NCBI GenBank assembly: GCA_964016885.1
Contig: OZ024749.1
Span: forward strand, 1,860,001-1,924,000
DNA from: Eledone cirrhosa
Taxonomy: Eukaryota
Direction: 5' to 3'
DNA length: 64,000 bases
The notes under the pieces: generated by a model
Database searches by the model: none
What the model saw: only the letters and a program-made list of their open reading frames with translations
Told to the model about the DNA's origin: nothing
Translations under genes and position numbers: made by a program
Shown here: positions 57,712-64,000 of the stretch, piece by piece
How positions within the stretch are numbered: position 1 is the first letter of the stretch
Layout of the letters: every line of letters starts with the position of its first letter

Positions 57712-57747
<36 letters not shown>
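57315..57747 (+). mobile_element. 3' fragment of a Dong/R4-like RLE LINE (family 2) in (TAA)n
   Basis: PDLVVLDKEKRSCLIVDVACPFD..EREKI.RY..VVPIVIGALG. (AAT)n on both sides. Confidence 0.85.
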
Positions 57748-57818
57748 TGTTTCTACTTTTGGCACAAGGGCAGCAATTATTCTATCGACCCCGCAAGGAT
57801 GAAAGGCAAAGTCAACCT

Positions 57819-58269
57819 GGAATGTTGCTGCACAAAAAGAAATGGATAGGAAGACTAGGAAGCTAATGACTATCTACAACGTGTTCCACAAGAGGAGTGA
57901 CTTTGATGGACTCTACTTAAAGAGATCTGAAGGTGGAAAAGGTGTTATCAGCATAGAGGACTGTGTTCAGTCTGCACAAATATGTGGCTGACAAAAGGGA
58001 GCCAATGCTCAAAATTGTACTGAAGGAGAAGACAATAAGCCAGGGGATGTCCAAGGAGGAAATAACAACAAGGAGGAAGAGCAACCTTCATGAAAAATCC
58101 CTTCATAGCACCTTCTTTAAGAAAACGGAATTCAGAGATCCACAGACATGGAACTGGTTAAAAAAAGGAGGCCTTAAAAAAGCTACAGAAGGAATACTAT
58201 TGGCTGCGCAGTACGAAGTGGGTGAAACACCATATTGACAAGGAGGCGGCTAGCTCACTGTGTAGGATC

Positions 58270-58362
<93 letters not shown>

Positions 58363-58858
58363 GGCTCACATTGTATCCAAGTGTAAACACCTAGCCCAGA
58401 CTCACTATAAAGGGTGGCGACATGTCGGTGATAGAAAAGGATCAGGTGAAGGTGCTATGGGATTTTAGGTTACAGACGGACAAGAAATTAGAACACAATA
58501 GGCCTGACTTGGTGGTTTTGGACAAAGAAAAAAGATCGTGCCTGATTGTAGATGTAGCCTGCCCCTTTGACACAAGAGTGCAAGAAAAGGAGAGGGAGAA
58601 AATTAAACGATACCAGGATAGAGTAGGAGTTAAAAAGGAGTTGGAACAACCATGAGATCAAGGTCGTCCCGATTGTCATAGGCGCAGTAGGTACTATCTC
58701 AAAGAGTTTCTTCTATTTTTGGAACACTTCAAAAGGTATGCTTGCTGGAACAGCAAGAACCCTCCGATACGTCCTGGATATCTGAGGCTGCAGGTAGCGG
58801 CTTGATATTCATTTCAACAAACTTTCCAGTTAAATAACATCAATGACTGAGACTCAAA
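57819..58858 (+). mobile_element. Longer degenerate copy of RLE LINE family 2, with (GA)n inside the zinc knuckle
   Basis: W.WLKKG.LK.ATEG..LAAQ, ETVAHIVSKC..LAQ..Y..RH and VLWDF..HNRPDL. Preceded by a SINE family 1 tail fragment at 57745-57818 (-). Confidence 0.85.
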
Positions 58859-59625
58859 GAAGACGAAGACGAAGACGAAGACGGAGAAGAAGAAGAAGAA
58901 ACCGTGTTGTGCATGGTCTCTTTCGTCAAGATAGTCCCTTCTTGATTTTGATATCATCAGGGGTCGCTCGTGCAGTAGGATTTAGAATCTCTTTACGGTT
59001 CATATACTCGCCTTTCTTATTTGGTAAAGCGTCAGAGGTTTTCATTAGCTGGACACGTGACAACAAACCTTCTGGCAGAGTTCTTCTCTGGCAGAGCTCC
59101 TGTCTAGAAACCAGATGTATGCAGACGAGTTGGGAGACCAAACATCACATTGCAGGATGTTCTTGAAGATGACATCGGGCTGGAGGCAAGGAAACTCACC
59201 AGGACATCGGGCTGGACAGGGTGGGCTGGAGGAAGAACTTCGTCTTCGTACCGAAACAAAATGTCGGATGAAAGGTCGACTGTAGAAGCCTGATAGAGCA
59301 ACTGTTTCTATTCTCATCCAATATCCGGTGTAACACCCCTCCCCCCACCTGAATATTGGGAGGTGACAAACATTCGCTCCAAGTCTCTGGCTTGAGGATA
59401 AATTCCTCTCTTATACCCACCTCCCTTTGGGACACTGGAGATTGTCACAGACGATTGCCTGAGGGTAGAACTTCTTCTTATGTACCCACCTCTCTTGGAG
59501 ATCTCGAAAATAGAGACAAAGAATGTGCTTGCAATACATTTGTGGCAACAATATCAGATTAATTTTCAACTCCGAAATATTCCTTCAGATTCTTCGATAT
59601 TTCTTCCATAACCGTGTCCCCCCCC

Positions 59626-59691
<66 letters not shown>

Positions 59692-59884
59692 CAAAATAAG
59701 ATGCTGAGGTTACATATATCGTTTAAACCTAATAATTATTTCCACGGTTCTCCATGCAATCAAGATGTCCTTCATGCATTTGCTCTTGATTATGAGAACG
59801 CTTTCCTCAGATGAAAATCGATATATTTGATATGCCGCTGGCAGGAAAACACACATCCTAATACCTGTGTGCCCAGCATACAGA

Positions 59885-59934
<50 letters not shown>

Positions 59935-59935
<1 letters not shown>

Positions 59936-60125
59936 CGAAGGAGGTGTGATAAGGAACCAGATGGACCATAACGCACCAGAGTACTCAATACTTAGGGCAG
60001 TAGAGTGGGTAATAGGAAAATGTTAGACCCCGACGGCAGAGATCAAGCCGTTTCGACGGGTATTTCTGAACTAGAAATAGCCGTCGAAACGGCTTGAGCT
60101 CTGCCGTCGAGGTCTAACATTTTCC

Positions 60126-60128
<3 letters not shown>
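59935..60128. mobile_element. Fold-back remnant: ~56-bp arms and a 77-bp one-sided tail, in (TA)n
   Basis: Arms 60012-60067 and 60073-60128. Confidence 0.85.
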
Positions 60129-60163
<35 letters not shown>

Positions 60164-60164
60164 C

Positions 60165-60550
60165 CTGATGGTAGCTAAGATGCTTCCATAGGCGGTATGC
60201 CGGTTGAGCACTCTATGCTCTTACAGAGCAGAGTATGATTGAATAGAAAACGAAAAATCTGAACTCCATTTATTGTGTGTTACAATTGTTTTGCCGGCGG
60301 ACAGCTCGAAACGCGATGATGTTGTGGATCTGTCTGATTCTGGACCAGCAAGTTCGTCGGACACGACGGAGACGCGCAGATACCCCAATGAGAGAATATA
60401 TTCCGAAATCATTAGACGTGTCCATCGAACCTTCGGGTCCAGAATCAGACAGATCCACACAATGATCGCGTCTCGAGCTGTCCGCCGGCGAAACAATTGT
60501 AACACATAATAAATTGAGTTCAGATGCATCACTGATTTTTCGTTTTCTAT

Positions 60551-60553
<3 letters not shown>
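60165..60553. mobile_element. Fold-back remnant with ~107-bp arms
   Basis: Arms about 60241-60346 and 60437-60552. GAAACAATTGTA near 60490. Confidence 0.8.
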
Positions 60554-61478
<925 letters not shown>

Positions 61479-61485
61479 TACACAA

Positions 61486-61524
<39 letters not shown>

Positions 61525-61683
61525 CATGCATACATATATATATATATATAGATAGATACATACATATATATATATATATAGTGGTAGAACACTGTTCCGT
61601 ATAATCATGTCCATTACGAGCTGAGGATCCGCTAAGGTCAAACAATTGTTCTCGGTATGGTGAACTAACTGTTGTGTAACCAC

Positions 61684-61717
<34 letters not shown>

Positions 61718-61720
<3 letters not shown>

Positions 61721-62139
61721 GGAGGTGAGTTTTATTGTAGTACAATAAAGCAATGCAGATATCGGATAAGAAGCACTCTACAGTTTGTGGGACTGGAGTA
61801 TGCATAATATAAGATCAAAAGATAGTTAAAGGAGTTCCATATATTTTATTATGCGCATTTCAAAAACAAACATCATCAAGCAATAATATTTGTGTTTTCA
61901 TCAGATAAAACAGGAGAACATGATATGAAGGCTAAAAAACACTTGTGGATAGTGCAGTTTTAAATCAACATATCATGATATGTTGATTTAAAACTGCACT
62001 ATCAACAAGTGTTTTTTAGCCTTCATATCATGTTCTCCTGTTTTATCTGATGAAAACACAAATATTATTGCTTGATGATGTTTGTTTTTGAAATGCGCAT
62101 AATAAAATATATGGAACTCCTTTAACCATCTTTTGATCT

Positions 62140-62147
<8 letters not shown>
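61718..62147. mobile_element. Spacerless 2 x 172-bp palindrome of a PLE pLTR with an 86-bp tail and two hammerheads
   Basis: Arms 61804-61975 and 61976-62147, centre atatca|tgatat. Confidence 0.9.
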
Positions 62148-62212
<65 letters not shown>

Positions 62213-62840
62213 CATCTATATATATACATACATCTATATATATATACATACATCTATATATACATACATACAAACATACATCTATATACATACACACATA
62301 TATATATATGTATATACATATATACATACATACATATATATGTATATACATATATATATATGTATATACATACATACATATATATATATATATGTATATA
62401 CATATATACATACATATATATATATATACATACATACATATACATATATACATACATATATACATACATATATATGTATATACATATATACATACATATA
62501 TACATATATACATACATATATATACATATATACATACATATATATACATATATACATACATATATATACATATATACATACATATATATACATATATATA
62601 TATACATATATACATACATACATATATATACATATATACATATATATATATATATATGTATGTATATACATATATACATACATATATATATATGTATATA
62701 CATAATTAAATACATATATATATATGTATATACATATATACATACATATATATATATATACATACATACATATATACATACATATATATACATACATACA
62801 TACATACATACATACATACATACATACATACATACATACA

Positions 62841-64000
62841 TCCGACAACATATACGAACCTCGATGCGTAGGAGCCCGTTTCTCGAGCAAGTCTATCTGC
62901 ATGAAACAGATAATATGATGAGAGTTGGGAAGGAACTCCTCGAGAGATATTCAAAACCTCACACCCAGGGAAGCGGCTCAGCAGTATCTCAGTGAATCCA
63001 TGGGTGAAAAACTACATACTTATAAGCAAAAAATCATGCATGGATATGTTGCCAGGAAGCTCCAGAGTGTGAGTAATATAGATAAGGAAAGTAGTTTATC
63101 TTCGACCAACAACCGCTATATTGGCTCCCACTTTGAAGGATAAGCTTTTGCAATCCAAGAACAGGAGATTAACACGAAATACCTGATTCACAAAAGAGAT
63201 AGGGATGCAGGCAAAACACCTAGATGTGATAAAACTGCAGACTCTGCAGAACTAACATCGAGGATATCACCCATGTCATCAGCAGCTGTCCAAAGATGTC
63301 ATCGCAGTACTATCTACCTACGAGGCATTATGTAATGGCCAAAACACTGTACAATGCTGTTCGTAAAAAAGATAGCCCCGATAATAAACACATAAAAAGC
63401 TACAGGAATGTGGAAAATATCCATGTAGATAATATGAAATAGTACTGGTTGAATGTTCCAGTAAAAACCCCAATAAAATGTAGGCATAACAGATCAGATA
63501 TTATGATGTGGGACAGGGAAAAGAAAGCATGCACAGTAGTGGAAATTAGCTGCCCAGCAGATGCCAATATAATATCAAAGATTAGTGAAAAGGAGAATAT
63601 TTATGCAGAACTGGTGAGAAATCTGCAGATACTCCACCCTGATTACACCTTCAGATGTATGCCTGTGATTGTTGGGGCACTGGGATATGTTAGTAACTGC
63701 CTCAATACAAATCTTGAGAAGCTAGGCTTCACAGGAACAGAAAGAAACAACTAGTTAGGAAATTACAAGAACAATCCATTAATTGAACAGTGAAAATATG
63801 TAAAATATTCGAAAAATGTTGCATCTAATAACTGCATATACACATGCACACATACAACTCAAAACATACTCATCCACACATACAATAACATCCATATCTA
63901 CACATGCATACATACATATCTACCTAGTTGATGTGTAAATTCCAATGAGAGAGTCTTGTGTCTCTGTTAGACACCGACTCACTCTCTATTGGGAAAACTT
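62841..64000 (+). mobile_element. Degenerate RLE LINE family 1 fragment (sister of 15626-16508), running off the window
   Basis: SHFEG*AFAIQEQEI, CRLC..EDITHVISSCP and HNRSDIMMWD..VEISCP. 5' flank is (TACA)n. Confidence 0.88.

Noticed and set aside
58880-59610. Higher-GC non-repetitive stretch with overlapping short ORFs
   Set aside because: No recognisable motif or splice-bounded frame. Probably a TE remnant, left unassigned.

Overview
This is AT-rich animal DNA, most likely from a cephalopod such as Octopus. That assignment is an inference from the extreme (TA)n/(TACA)n load and the SINE families. Almost all ORF-track entries are microsatellite artefacts. The only host gene I can support is an intron-rich cadherin-superfamily gene on the minus strand. 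Three canonical phase-0 exons (34154-34056, 29201-29100, 19378-19241) splice into one complete extracellular cadherin repeat, and none appears in the ORF track. The rest is intronic or repetitive. It includes a nearly intact RTE/RTE-X-like LINE RT, an RTE family ending in three C2H2 fingers together with a ~0.6 kb non-autonomous derivative, two R4/Dong-like RLE LINE families sitting in microsatellites, several Penelope-like (GIY-YIG) fragments, two SINE families, hAT and Tc1/mariner MITEs, a non-autonomous Helitron and minisatellites. The most striking pattern is a set of more than 10 short, asymmetric 'tail-out' fold-back insertions in (TA)n. Many carry type I hammerhead-ribozyme cores. The same head-to-head geometry also joins an RTE derivative to itself and joins unrelated retroelements to each other. 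All RNA folds were read by eye and none was computed.
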